NCBI GenBank assembly: GCA_965223295.1
Contig: CBDCWC010000002.1
Coordinates: forward strand, 1 to 64,000
Direction of reading: 5' to 3'
Source of the DNA: Nitrospirales bacterium
Lineage (GTDB): Bacteria; Nitrospirota; Nitrospiria; Nitrospirales; UBA8639
DNA length: 64,000 nucleotides
Shown: positions 1 through 9,621 of the stretch, in pieces
Layout: each line of letters begins with the position of its first letter
Numbering within the stretch: position 1 is the first letter of the stretch
The notes under the pieces: generated by a model
Database searches by the model: none
What the model saw: only the letters and a program-made list of their open reading frames with translations
Told to the model about the DNA's origin: nothing
Program-made: the position numbers and the translations under genes

Positions 1-186
1 CAATCCCATGCCCACCAAAAGCAGCATGCCCACTCTGGCTGAAAAGCGTGCTTCTTCTTTCACACCGCCGTTTCTGAGAAAGAAAAACCAATACCCAACC
101 CAGAGCCCGATACTGACAAGAGCCAGCGTGACGAGAACGGGAAGAAAAAGCGGTAGGGTTTCTAGTAAATGATCAAGAAGAGTCAT
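1..186 (-). CDS. Partial membrane protein (N-terminus only), possibly MscS-type channel
   Basis: ATG at 186; manual translation MTLLDHLLETLPLFLPVLVTLALVSIGLWVGYWFFFLR... has two hydrophobic segments and runs off the window. Confidence 0.45.
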   Translation of the reverse strand, partial: MTLLDHLLETLPLFLPVLVTLALVSIGLWVGYWFFFLRNGGVKEEARFSARVGMLLLVGMGL

Positions 187-277
187 AGGTACAATCGAGC
201 GTGGATGGATCATTATGCCCGAAGTTTGAGAAAGGATAAAGATAGAGTGATATTTTAATGGGAAATTTGGTCACCTG

Positions 278-312
278 CTTTGACTTCTTTGATAGAATCA
301 AAGAAACCAAAG
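278..312. terminator. Hairpin downstream of the response regulator, possible terminator
   Basis: Imperfect inverted repeat ctttgacttctttgat-aga-atcaaagaaaccaaag. Confidence 0.4.
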
Positions 313-346
313 TGGTGAGAGAACAATGCTGACAAGAAGAGCCGAA

Positions 347-805
347 TTATGAAAACCAATTCACATGGCGTCTATTCATGGCATGATCAACGGCAGAAAT
401 TAATTTTTCCCGATCGACCGGTTTGACTAAATAGTCTGTTGCACCGCGTTTAATCAAGCTTATTGCGAGATCTAAATCAGGAAACCCAGTCAAGAAAATT
501 ATTGGGATACTAGGATATTCCCGTTGAAAATAGTCCATGGCTTCGACGCCATTGATGTGTGACATCCGAATATCCGTAATGATGACATCAATAACCATTG
601 GGTGTTCTCCCTCGTTGAGGAGGGTGATGGCCTGCTGGCCGTCTTCCGCTTCGATGACGTAATACCCCATTTTTTCTAGCGTCATCCGTACAATTTTTCG
701 AATGTCAGGTTCATCATCAACAAGCAGGACGCCTCCAAGGCAGGCTTGTCCGGAAAAAATTCCAGCTGTGCGTGGAGCAGAGTCAGGTAAATTGGTTGTC
801 TTCAT
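347..805 (-). CDS. Single-domain response regulator (REC)
   Basis: VLLVDDE, ITDIRM, FLTG, YLVKP motifs; start placed at MKTT with GGAGG RBS (ORF track extends to 859). Confidence 0.9.
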   Translation of the reverse strand: MKTTNLPDSAPRTAGIFSGQACLGGVLLVDDEPDIRKIVRMTLEKMGYYVIEAEDGQQAITLLNEGEHPMVIDVIITDIRMSHINGVEAMDYFQREYPSIPIIFLTGFPDLDLAISLIKRGATDYLVKPVDREKLISAVDHAMNRRHVNWFS

Positions 806-893
806 CGCATCCCTCCCTTGACGATCTCTTTGAATGAAATTGAATGCTTGGGAGTCCATATCTGACTCCCATTCGTTTTTTTGTCAATAAAGG

Positions 894-909
894 TGCAATT
901 GGCATGCCG
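894..909 (-). promoter_or_regulatory. Putative sigma-54 (-24/-12) promoter
   Basis: Minus strand CGGCATGCCAATTGCA: GG-N10-GC spacing upstream of the REC gene. Confidence 0.55.
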
Positions 910-1151
910 GTATAAAGATGGAAGCTAAGGGGAAATTTCTTATAAGGAATTGTCTGAAAATCTAAGGAAGATAGGGCACAATCATGTCTGGTTGTTGGCG
1001 TGGCAAGACACACGAATGCTGCTGCTTCTGTCTACTGGAGCTTCACACTGCTCCAAAGGTTTACATAAGGGTGGGAAGAATCTTTAGAAGAAAAACACTG
1101 CGAGCACAAATATAAATTGGAGAAAAGGATAGGGTTCGCTTGCAATTACGC

Positions 1152-1931
1152 TTATAGTTTTCGAACAATGACGGAGGTTGTGGAGTGATACACAGTCCAA
1201 TAAGTGGGGTCTTGAGCAAGCTTGACGTATTGCAGGATGTCTGCTGGACAGCAGAGTCCGGTTTGACAATAGGCCTCTTCTAATACTAAAGCGGACTCGC
1301 CCATTACTTGGGCCATGGGGGAGTTTCCAGGGCAAAGATGCATAATTGATTGACCTCGTACAATATCAAAGCCGGTTTGTTCAAGTTTCTGTGGAAGACT
1401 CAGGGCATAGGCAGGGTTCAAATCTGCATTTACAAACATTTGGCATATGGCACGATTGACTCGTGCTTGCGGGATTTCTACATCTCGATCCAGTAAGGTT
1501 GCCGACGTAAAGTCTGGCTCTTCGAAGAGGGCCCATCCTCCTGGTTTGAGCAGTACAAACATTTTGTGAAGAATATCCATATCGGATTCGTTGTGAATAA
1601 GGACATATCTTCCATGAATAAGGTCAAAAGAATGGGATGACTCAAATTCTAGAAATGTGTCCTGATGTATCCGGAAAGAAGGTGATGTGAAATCCTGAAG
1701 GTATGTGGTGTTTTTGTCTAACCCAACAGCCAACCCAGAAGGGCCAACGTAGTTGCCCAACCAACGCAAAATTGATCCTGCTCCCGCGCCTAATTCTAAA
1801 CAATGCCACCCCAGTTGAATTCCTGTTTCCTGCAATAAACTGATCGTGTTTGGATCATTCGCGGCTTCCACCAATTGCAGCCGTCGAAATTCTCGCTTTT
1901 CGGCATTGTCCTCAAAAATATACCTGCTCAT
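1152..1931 (-). CDS. Class I SAM-dependent methyltransferase
   Basis: LELGAGAG motif I, FDLIHGR, LKPGGW. Confidence 0.88.
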   Translation of the reverse strand: MSRYIFEDNAEKREFRRLQLVEAANDPNTISLLQETGIQLGWHCLELGAGAGSILRWLGNYVGPSGLAVGLDKNTTYLQDFTSPSFRIHQDTFLEFESSHSFDLIHGRYVLIHNESDMDILHKMFVLLKPGGWALFEEPDFTSATLLDRDVEIPQARVNRAICQMFVNADLNPAYALSLPQKLEQTGFDIVRGQSIMHLCPGNSPMAQVMGESALVLEEAYCQTGLCCPADILQYVKLAQDPTYWTVYHSTTSVIVRKL

Positions 1932-1955
1932 GATTGGGCGCGTGCCTTTCGTTCC

Positions 1956-3206
1956 CTACTCTGTGAGTGACCGCGAAGCGTGGCAACCCGCAATATACCC
2001 GGTTGACCAGGCCCATTGGAAATTAAATCCCCCGATTCGTCCGTCGCAATCCAGCATTTCTCCAACGAGATACAGGCCTGGGATTTTTTTCGAGGTCATG
2101 TTTGAAGGATTGATTTCTTGTAAGGGAACACCTCCGGTCGTGACTTCAGCAAAATTCCAGCCTCGTGATCCAATAACTGGAAGCGAAAGATTGGTTAACG
2201 CCTGTACTAATTTTTTTCTACTGTCTTTTGCCAGAAGATTGACTGGTGTATGAGGCATATCCGCGGCAAGAAATTGAGTGAACTGCAGGGCGACACGACT
2301 GGGTATATGTGCCGTTAAAACGGATCGCACCGTTTGCCGACCAGGCTGCGACGCCGTCTGAATGAGCCAATTCTCCACTTCTCTAGATGTGGAATCAGGA
2401 AAACAGCTCAGGTGGAGTTGGGCTTGATGCCCTTGTTCCGTAGCCAGAACCCAAAATCGACTGGCATCGAGCATCACTGGCCCGCTCACCCCAAAGTGGG
2501 TCCACAGCAAACTTCCCGTTCGACGATCAACAACTTTCCCATTCACACGTGTCGTGAGCATCACCTCATGTGAAGTGCCCGAAAGAGCAGCATGGAAAAA
2601 TGTTGGCTCCAGCAATAACGGAACGAGAGCGGGGCAGGTTGGAGCAATCGAATGGCCAAGCTGTTGAACCATATCCCACCCAGATCCATCTGATCCAGTT
2701 TTAGGAAGGGAACGTCCTCCTGTTGCCACGATAACTTTTCTTGCTTGAAGGAGGCCTTGGGAATGTTGAATAGAAAATCCTTGTCCATGCTGGATGATGG
2801 ATTGAACGCGATGTTGGGTAAGAAGCGTCACGGATAATTCTTGGCATCGATTGAGGAGGGCGTTCAAAATGGTTTCAGCCTTATTGCTCGTAGGAAAAAC
2901 TTTTCCTGTGGTTTCGGTGTGGAGTGAAGCTCCAAGCGATGCAAACCAGCGGATCGTGTGTTGTTCATCAAATCGACGGAGGATTCGATCAATGGATTTT
3001 CGGTCTCCATGAAAGTCAGAGGCGGTGACTTTTTGATTGGTCACATTGCAGCGCCCACCACCAGAGACCAGAATCTTGGCTCCTAGAGATTTTGCGCTAT
3101 CCAGGAGGACGACTTTAAAAGATCTATTGATTTCTGCAGCAAAAATTCCTGCCGCAAGTCCAGCCGCTCCGGCTCCAATGATGGCAATGTCGACTTGGTT
3201 GTTCAA
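1956..3206 (-). CDS. HI0933/BaiN-family NAD(P)/FAD-dependent oxidoreductase
   Basis: GAGAAG, KILVSGGGRCNVTN, ATGGRSLP, GGFNFQWAWSTG. Confidence 0.92.
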   Translation of the reverse strand: MNNQVDIAIIGAGAAGLAAGIFAAEINRSFKVVLLDSAKSLGAKILVSGGGRCNVTNQKVTASDFHGDRKSIDRILRRFDEQHTIRWFASLGASLHTETTGKVFPTSNKAETILNALLNRCQELSVTLLTQHRVQSIIQHGQGFSIQHSQGLLQARKVIVATGGRSLPKTGSDGSGWDMVQQLGHSIAPTCPALVPLLLEPTFFHAALSGTSHEVMLTTRVNGKVVDRRTGSLLWTHFGVSGPVMLDASRFWVLATEQGHQAQLHLSCFPDSTSREVENWLIQTASQPGRQTVRSVLTAHIPSRVALQFTQFLAADMPHTPVNLLAKDSRKKLVQALTNLSLPVIGSRGWNFAEVTTGGVPLQEINPSNMTSKKIPGLYLVGEMLDCDGRIGGFNFQWAWSTGYIAGCHASRSLTE

Positions 3207-3540
3207 GAAAGAAGAAGCCTCGTTGATAAATGGTGCGGTTGGGGGTAGTGTTATAGAGAAGAATATTCTATCTACCGTTTTGTGGGAAGGGAATCATCTG
3301 TAAGACGGTCAGTCTTATGCCAATGCGGCTAGAGGTTTTTTCAAGAATACGGGTTTGATGGCAGCAGGATCTTGATGGGCTTTTCGGCTAGGCAAGTTCT
3401 TGTGTTGCTAGATTGGCAAGGGGCTCGAATGGATAAACGCCAAAGGCATTTTCCATTCGTGCCTCAATGCCTGGAGAGATGGTTTGAACCTTTCTGCCTT
3501 TGAAACTACGAAGAGGAATCAGTCATCGTTGTTGAAAGCC

Positions 3541-3972
3541 TTATTGTGACTTCGTCCAGGGTTTCCATTCATTCGCGGCGGAATCAAACCACCATTGCGG
3601 TCCACTCAAATAAAGTTTCTTATGACAGTCCAATGTTTCATCTTGATCCTGCGGCCAGTCCTCCCAGTCATTTTTACTGGAATTGAACCACCATTCCTGC
3701 CCATTAAGATACAGGTTTTTGTGTTCATCTAAAGTCCATCGGGTGTCCTGGGTTGGCCATTCGTCCCATCCTTGAGGGTTAGAATTATTCCACCAGCCCC
3801 GATTTTCAATATACAATTTCTTGTGGCCTTCTAACGTGATATTCCCATCACTGTCCCACAGGTCTGCATGTCGTTGACAAAAGTCCCCGGTAGTGTCCTG
3901 GGCCCATCCGTTTGTCGCGAGCAACGAGCTGAGTAGTAACATTACAGCGAATATCGTTTTATATTTGTTCAT
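3541..3972 (-). CDS. Secreted Trp-rich protein with three internal repeats
   Basis: GAGGAG RBS before ATG 3972, Sec-type signal peptide, three TL[DE]xHKxLY...WW...W..W units. Confidence 0.8.
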   Translation of the reverse strand: MNKYKTIFAVMLLLSSLLATNGWAQDTTGDFCQRHADLWDSDGNITLEGHKKLYIENRGWWNNSNPQGWDEWPTQDTRWTLDEHKNLYLNGQEWWFNSSKNDWEDWPQDQDETLDCHKKLYLSGPQWWFDSAANEWKPWTKSQ

Positions 3973-4309
3973 GGTTAATCTCCTCAAAATGATACGTTTG
4001 AAAAATAAAATAAAGCCTGAGCCACTTTCCTCTCCATTTGCAAGGTTTCGATACCTTCGAAGATCGTATTGACCTGGATTCACAATTTACAGCTTGCCTC
4101 CTTTCTTTGGGATGGCCATAAGGGTTTCAAGAAAAGGGTGTTCACCCGAAACCGATGGAACCATATACTTGAAAACACTCGGTTGAATGTACAGAGGGGA
4201 TACAAAAGAGGGGATAATGAACTTAGAGGGGAATATGATTATGCCCAAATTACCTGTTCATGGCAAGATGGCAAAGCACAGAAGAATTTTGAGGATGATG
4301 ATGAAGGCA

Positions 4310-4702
4310 TTATGACTTTAGGGGAAATTGTTCCAACACTTCAAAAGCATCATGAGCCAAGAGCCATTGGCCGTTAGGCTGTTTCACCCACTTTTCTAAG
4401 GTAATGATGCCACGGCCCACATTCATGCGCCAGTTAGCGGATAGGTGAACGGTGGTTTTGTTGATGACCTCAATAGTGATGTCCTGGTATTCAAGATCGG
4501 TCGCTCCTGATTTCATGAACGGTCGCCAAAACTCGTCGATTTGTTGTGTGCCAGTAAAGGTTCCCATAGGTTTGGCTTCGATGATGGCATTGGGTAGATA
4601 GGCGGCTACACAGGCGTTCACGTCTCCATTATTGAAACCAGTAATCCATTGCTGGCTAGCCGCTAAGACTTCGTTACGAAGAGTTGTGTCAATAGATTTC
4701 AT
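4310..4702 (-). CDS. SnoaL/DUF4440 (NTF2-like) protein
   Basis: WITGFNNGDV...Y..., C-terminal GQWLLAHD; AGGAG RBS. Confidence 0.78.
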   Translation of the reverse strand: MKSIDTTLRNEVLAASQQWITGFNNGDVNACVAAYLPNAIIEAKPMGTFTGTQQIDEFWRPFMKSGATDLEYQDITIEVINKTTVHLSANWRMNVGRGIITLEKWVKQPNGQWLLAHDAFEVLEQFPLKS

Positions 4703-4742
4703 GGGCGTATCTCCTTATTTCTAGAGTCACGAACAATCGGCA

Positions 4743-5402
4743 TCAGTCATGTTTGGAAAATAGGATAACATCGTTATGGAAAAACTCTAGGTCAGCTTGC
4801 CAATGATTGGCTAACCATTCAAATGTGGCTCTCGAGAAAAAACACACATGGGTCAGATCATTTTTGTAATGCCATTTGGCAAAGGCTTTTTGATCGCGAA
4901 CGAGTTTGGTCATCAAGCCGAGAGACCCGCCGGGATTCAGGAGGCTCCATAACTTTGTGAGAATCGTGCCAGGATCATGGAGATGTTCAACAACTTCAGT
5001 GGCTGTAATGAAATCATACTGTTGTTCCAGAGCTGGGGGATGATAGGCATAAAAATGATCATACACCGTGACCGAGTGGCCAATCTCTTCAAACATCACA
5101 GAGAGAGTAGGGCCAGGACCCGATCCAAAGTCTAACCCATGACTGCTAGGAGGAAGACGATCGCGTAGGGGATCAAAAAGCCGACTGAGGAACTTGCGGT
5201 AGGCAGGGTCGGAAGAAAAGTTTTGATGATGATCATATGCCGCTTTCTCCTCTGCTTCTGACAAATATTGAATCGGGAGCACGAATACTAGTTGACAGTC
5301 TTGACAGAGAAGAAAATTTCGTCGCTTGTCATGATAAAACTCGTTGGTCGTGATCTTCTGACATAGTGGACATGAATAAGAATGTTTGGTTGTCTGTGTC
5401 AT
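4743..5402 (-). CDS. Class I SAM methyltransferase with N-terminal Zn-ribbon
   Basis: CPLC..CQDC, GLDFGSGPGP, YDFITATEVVEH. Confidence 0.88.
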   Translation of the reverse strand: MTQTTKHSYSCPLCQKITTNEFYHDKRRNFLLCQDCQLVFVLPIQYLSEAEEKAAYDHHQNFSSDPAYRKFLSRLFDPLRDRLPPSSHGLDFGSGPGPTLSVMFEEIGHSVTVYDHFYAYHPPALEQQYDFITATEVVEHLHDPGTILTKLWSLLNPGGSLGLMTKLVRDQKAFAKWHYKNDLTHVCFFSRATFEWLANHWQADLEFFHNDVILFSKHD

Positions 5403-5447
5403 TTCGCTTCAGGAAGAGGCTCTTATGTGCGGAGGTGCTCAGAGTTG

Positions 5448-5759
5448 CTAAATACGACCCGGCCAAGTTCGCTGAATTTCTTCGTCTTGTTGAGCGATAG
5501 TGAAATGTTCCCAAGGAATGTGATTGATATCAGTGGACATTGAAAATTCTGTAGCGTCTGGTGACTCCCAACCCAAGTGACGCAACGTGCCGGTTTGTTC
5601 TTGAGAAGTTTTTTGGATAGAAAAATTAAGCGTAGAGGTCCGCCATAAGGCATATTCATCAGCGATGATCACATCCGGTGGTTGCCCAAGACGCACGGAA
5701 TAATCCTCAATTGAGTCCTGGATGCTTGCCACACCAATCGCAATATGAAAACGTTTCAT
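5448..5759 (-). CDS. VOC/glyoxalase-like protein
   Basis: RFHIAIGV...LRHLGWE...DINHIPWEHF pattern. Confidence 0.7.
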   Translation of the reverse strand: MKRFHIAIGVASIQDSIEDYSVRLGQPPDVIIADEYALWRTSTLNFSIQKTSQEQTGTLRHLGWESPDATEFSMSTDINHIPWEHFTIAQQDEEIQRTWPGRI

Positions 5760-5767
5760 CCTTGGCC

Positions 5768-6121
5768 TTATTTCTTGCTGCTTTCATTCGCACAGTCAAT
5801 ACATAAGGGTGCGGTTGGGTCAAATTCCAACCGTTTGTGGTGAATGTCCTCTTCACAACGCAGGCAGAGGCCAAATGTGCCTTTCTCAAGTCGTTCGAGA
5901 CTGGCTTCAATCCGCTGAAGTTGAATCGTTCGGCGTTGCTGCGACTCCTTCGCCATGGCTTGTCCTTGCAAAGCCTCCCTGCGGGAGACGCGTCCGACCG
6001 TAGTTTGGTCCAGTTCAACGGTTTGTGCGGCCTCCTGGCCAGACTGTTCGACGGCTAGCAGGTCGGAACGTAATTGGAGTAGGACTTGTTTGAAATGTTG
6101 AGTATCGACATCATTCAACAT
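5768..6121 (-). CDS. TraR/DksA C4-type zinc-finger protein
   Basis: Coiled coil then FGLCLRCEEDI..KRL..P...CIDC. Confidence 0.9.
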   Translation of the reverse strand: MLNDVDTQHFKQVLLQLRSDLLAVEQSGQEAAQTVELDQTTVGRVSRREALQGQAMAKESQQRRTIQLQRIEASLERLEKGTFGLCLRCEEDIHHKRLEFDPTAPLCIDCANESSKK

Positions 6122-6244
6122 GAGAATCCGTCGCTCGCGTGCTCAGGGGTTGATAGAGTGTTGAGGGCAATGTACCCTAGCCAGGACGTAAAAGGCTAAT
6201 AGGCTTTATTGGGTTCAAACGAATAGCTTGAAGAAGGAGAATCT

Positions 6245-6880
6245 ATGGAAAAAGTGCTGAAAGGGCTAGTGGCATTTCAACAGGAAGTGTTTGCCAAAAA
6301 GAAAAAATTGTTTACGTCCTTATCCAAACAACAAAAGCCCAGTGTTTTGTTCGTGACCTGTTCCGATTCACGAATTGATCCGTCCTTGTTGACACAGACA
6401 GACCCCGGAGATCTGTTTATTATTCGCAATGCTGGAAACTTGATTCCGACGTATGGCGCGGCGATAGGCGGAAGTACGGCGACCATTGAATATGGGGTAT
6501 CGGTACTCCAGGTCAAAGATGTGATCATTTGTGGACATACGGATTGTGGAGCTATGAACGGCCTGTTACACCCTGAAAAACTGAAAGCGCTTCCGGCCGT
6601 CAAAGCGTGGCTTCAACATTCTGAGACGACCACACGAATTGTCAAGGATCATTGTGGACATTTAAAAGGAGAAAAATTATTCGCCGCTGCGATTCGGGAA
6701 AATGTGTTAGTGCAGCTTGAACATCTCAAGACCCATCCCTCTGTGGCCACCCGCCTGCGTCGTGGCGACATACGGCTACATGGCTGGGTCTATTCCATTG
6801 GGACCGGCGAAGTCTGGGCTTACGATTCTGAGAAGAATGATTTTGTCAATCCTGCAAAGTCAAAACGAAACATGCGATAA
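6245..6880 (+). CDS. can: Beta-class carbonic anhydrase
   Basis: CSDSR, RNAGN, CGHTDCGAM zinc ligands; AGGAG RBS. Confidence 0.95.
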   Translation: MEKVLKGLVAFQQEVFAKKKKLFTSLSKQQKPSVLFVTCSDSRIDPSLLTQTDPGDLFIIRNAGNLIPTYGAAIGGSTATIEYGVSVLQVKDVIICGHTDCGAMNGLLHPEKLKALPAVKAWLQHSETTTRIVKDHCGHLKGEKLFAAAIRENVLVQLEHLKTHPSVATRLRRGDIRLHGWVYSIGTGEVWAYDSEKNDFVNPAKSKRNMR

Positions 6881-7033
6881 CGGCAGGTGTTCTCATAACG
6901 TTCACCGCTCAGAGGTAGACGACATGAGCTGTTGGATGTGTAAATTACTTCGTAATCGCTCTTATTCTTAGACAGCATTCGGCCAGAAACTGGTTGAAAG
7001 CAAGTGTGGCCTGTGGCGGGGGCGACCGGTTGG

Positions 7034-8953
7034 CTAAGAATTCACCACAGCCTTCTCGATCTTGTTCAACAAGACGTTTCTGGGTGTAGGCTTGTGGATA
7101 ATGTCCGCGAGATCGGAGCCTTTAAATCTCGCCACTATCTCATCCTTGGTAAACCCGCTGTTCAATACGACTCGAATGTCACTGCGAATTTTCTTGAGCT
7201 CTTTCAAGACTTCTTCTCCATCCATCTTCGGCATATTGTGGTCCAGCAACACACAATCGAATGCGTCGGGATCACGCCGAAAGACATCCACCGCTTCTTG
7301 TCCATCTTTGGCCTCTACGACGGTGTATCCAGCACTTTGGAGAATGTCGACGGCTACCATACGCACACTCGCATGATCCTCTGCCACAAGAATCCGGGTG
7401 CCTTCGGGGACCCCTTGGGTCGTTGATGTGACCACCTCGGGTTCCGGCGTCGATGAAACCCGGGGCAACCAAACCGAGAAGGTTGTGCCGATATTGAGTG
7501 CCGTATCTATGGAAATAGCGCCTTTGTGCGATTTGACGATTCCTGAAACTGCAGCTAACCCAAGGCCGTGACCGTCAGATTTCGTTGTGAAGAATGGATC
7601 GAAGATTTTTGCTTTTGTCTCCGGACTCATGCCCATTCCGGTGTCGCTGACCCACACGCATACATATTCACCCGGCGACAGTGTAGGTTGAGATTGGAGT
7701 CGCTGAATGTCTTCATGGCTCAGCGAGACTGACTTCGTTCCGACGATAATTCGCCCCTTGTTGTAACCGATGGCGTCGGAGGCATTTGTCATCAGATTCA
7801 TAAAAACCTGACGTAGATGACTGCGGTCGGCTACGATGCTGCATGGTGAGTGATCGATTTCGAACGTCAGCGACACTTTCTTTGAAAGCCCGGCTACTAT
7901 AAGATCCGTCAGTTCTTTCACCATGAGGTTGCAGTCCAGCGTTTCCTTTACACTGCTGCCTCGCCCGGCATACGCCAACAGTTGCTTGCACAAGTCGGAT
8001 GCTGCCGCAGACGTCGAAACGATCCGTTCGAGATTTTCTCTGATGGGAGACGCTTGGGGGAGAGAGAGGCTCGCTATTTCTGCGTTTCCCATGACAATGG
8101 CCATCAGGTTGTTGAAGTCATGGGCGATACCACCGGCAAGCACACCAATGGCTTCTGCTTTTGTCGCCTCCCGCAGCTGTTCTTCCAATCGATCACGCTC
8201 GATTGCCAAACCGACCATTCGAGCTGCGATTTCGAGTAATTCCATATCATGTGGTCCAGGCGCACCAGGTTCGTTTTTGTACAATGCCATGGCCCCAAGA
8301 ACCTCTTTTCCAGTTGCCCCAGTGATAGGTACGGACCAACATGAAGCGACTCCAGCGAGTTTCGCTGCCTGACGCAAATCCTTCCAGAGTGGGTCCTTGT
8401 CGATGTTTTCCACCACGACGGGCACATTCCAGAATGCTGCTGTTCCACATGATCCCACGGTCGGCCCGATTCGCAATCCTTGGACTGCACAGTTATATTC
8501 GTGAGGTAAGCTTGGGCCGGCGCCCACAGACACGTGCGCGCCGTCTGTCTCAACCAACAGGATGGAGCATCGGCATTCGTCTGCCTTTGATTCAACAATG
8601 CGCGCCATTCTTTCCAGCGTTTCGGTTAATGTTGATTTCTGAGGAGATAACGATTTTGGTATCTTCAACTCGGTCTCGTCTGTGCGTTGAGGCAACGCAA
8701 GTGCCACAACACGTCCCGCATCAGTTCTCACGCGCCAGCACAACATTCGCCAGTCCTCTTGCTTGGTCAAGAGTCGTGCAAGTACTTCACCTTCTCCCGT
8801 CTCAAGTATGTGTTGCAAGGCTTGCCGGTCGTTTGGATGCACCCATTCGAGCAATGGTTTAGAAACCAGATCCTGGAGGGTTAACCCATATTCGTCAGAA
8901 AATGCACTGTTGATGCGAGGAGGCTCGCTGGGCGTGGTGAACCAAAGAAGCAT
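7034..8953 (-). CDS. Hybrid sensor kinase PAS-GAF-HisKA-HATPase-REC
   Basis: VHPNDR, GSCGTAA GAF, GGIAHDFNN, FDPFFTTK..GHGLGL, C-terminal receiver. Confidence 0.92.
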   Translation of the reverse strand: MLLWFTTPSEPPRINSAFSDEYGLTLQDLVSKPLLEWVHPNDRQALQHILETGEGEVLARLLTKQEDWRMLCWRVRTDAGRVVALALPQRTDETELKIPKSLSPQKSTLTETLERMARIVESKADECRCSILLVETDGAHVSVGAGPSLPHEYNCAVQGLRIGPTVGSCGTAAFWNVPVVVENIDKDPLWKDLRQAAKLAGVASCWSVPITGATGKEVLGAMALYKNEPGAPGPHDMELLEIAARMVGLAIERDRLEEQLREATKAEAIGVLAGGIAHDFNNLMAIVMGNAEIASLSLPQASPIRENLERIVSTSAAASDLCKQLLAYAGRGSSVKETLDCNLMVKELTDLIVAGLSKKVSLTFEIDHSPCSIVADRSHLRQVFMNLMTNASDAIGYNKGRIIVGTKSVSLSHEDIQRLQSQPTLSPGEYVCVWVSDTGMGMSPETKAKIFDPFFTTKSDGHGLGLAAVSGIVKSHKGAISIDTALNIGTTFSVWLPRVSSTPEPEVVTSTTQGVPEGTRILVAEDHASVRMVAVDILQSAGYTVVEAKDGQEAVDVFRRDPDAFDCVLLDHNMPKMDGEEVLKELKKIRSDIRVVLNSGFTKDEIVARFKGSDLADIIHKPTPRNVLLNKIEKAVVNS

Positions 8954-9220
8954 GGGCTGTTTGGAAAGGGAAGCCGTAACAGTTAATCAATATGTATTGA
9001 GAAAGATGGAGATTATTGGCCGAAATCTGTAAGCTTAGTGTCGTTAGACTTGGGTATCAACTCACAATACGTTGCAAGTCTGCCCCTGGTCGACCTCCCA
9101 GAAACCTGGACAGACAAAACATAACACTTTCTGAGAGAATCACTGTCAATTTTACTCATCAAGGGGCCTAAGTCAATCAGAAGCAGCCCACTTAATCTCG
9201 GTCATCCAATTTTCGAAGGT

Positions 9221-9555
9221 GGGTCTGTTGAAAAAATCCGCCAGCGGCGTTCTCGCACTTTTTCCGTGCTCACGTAGTGCCAGTACGCTCCGCGCGCAAA
9301 AAGGGCTGCGGCCTTGCTGGACGAACTTTTTTGAACAGACCCGATGCTGCTGATCGCGAACAGCTTTCTGGCAAAGTATGGCTCTTGATATCTTCATTAG
9401 GGCACTTCTAAAAACTGTCCTTTTTCCCGATGGCGGCGTCAGCGGCGTGCTCAAATCCTCATGTATCAGCCCATACACTGCGGTTTTCCGCGCGCCGCTT
9501 CCTTGCCCTCAGAAAAAACACCAGTTTTTAGAGATGCCCATTATTCAACACTCTC
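9221..9555. mobile_element. Composite MITE (module A 9221-9342 + module C) with nested family-B MITE
   Basis: Ends gggtctgttgaaaaa / tttttgaacagaccc; near-identical inverted copy at 35156-35346. Confidence 0.8.
9400..9539. mobile_element. MITE family B, copy 1
   Basis: TIR gggcacttctaaaaac / gtttttagagatgccc, flanked by ATTA direct repeat (9396-9399, 9540-9543). Confidence 0.85.
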
Positions 9556-9621
9556 AATATTGGGATCACCTCTGAGGTCGAAGTCCTTGGTCTGTTATGA
9601 TAAAGGATACACCTTAGGTTC

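Noticed and set aside
289-301. TTGAT-N3-ATCAA as an FNR box
   Set aside because: Spacer is 3 rather than 4, and it forms the top of a longer hairpin
6894-9050. attC-like fragments around the hybrid kinase (TCATAAC...GTTGGAT at ~6894-6937; GTCTAAC on the minus strand at ~9050)
   Set aside because: Too short or unpaired, on inconsistent strands, and no integron integrase in the window
9081-9135. Possible isolated IS3-type end (cgacctcccagaaacctggacag...)
   Set aside because: Lacks the terminal TG, has no partner end or transposase, and rests on resemblance only
9173-9575. ORFs 9173-9478 and 9378-9575 (also 10663-10983, 35054-35290, 47425-47679, 56489-56680)
   Set aside because: They are translations of MITE sequence, not genes
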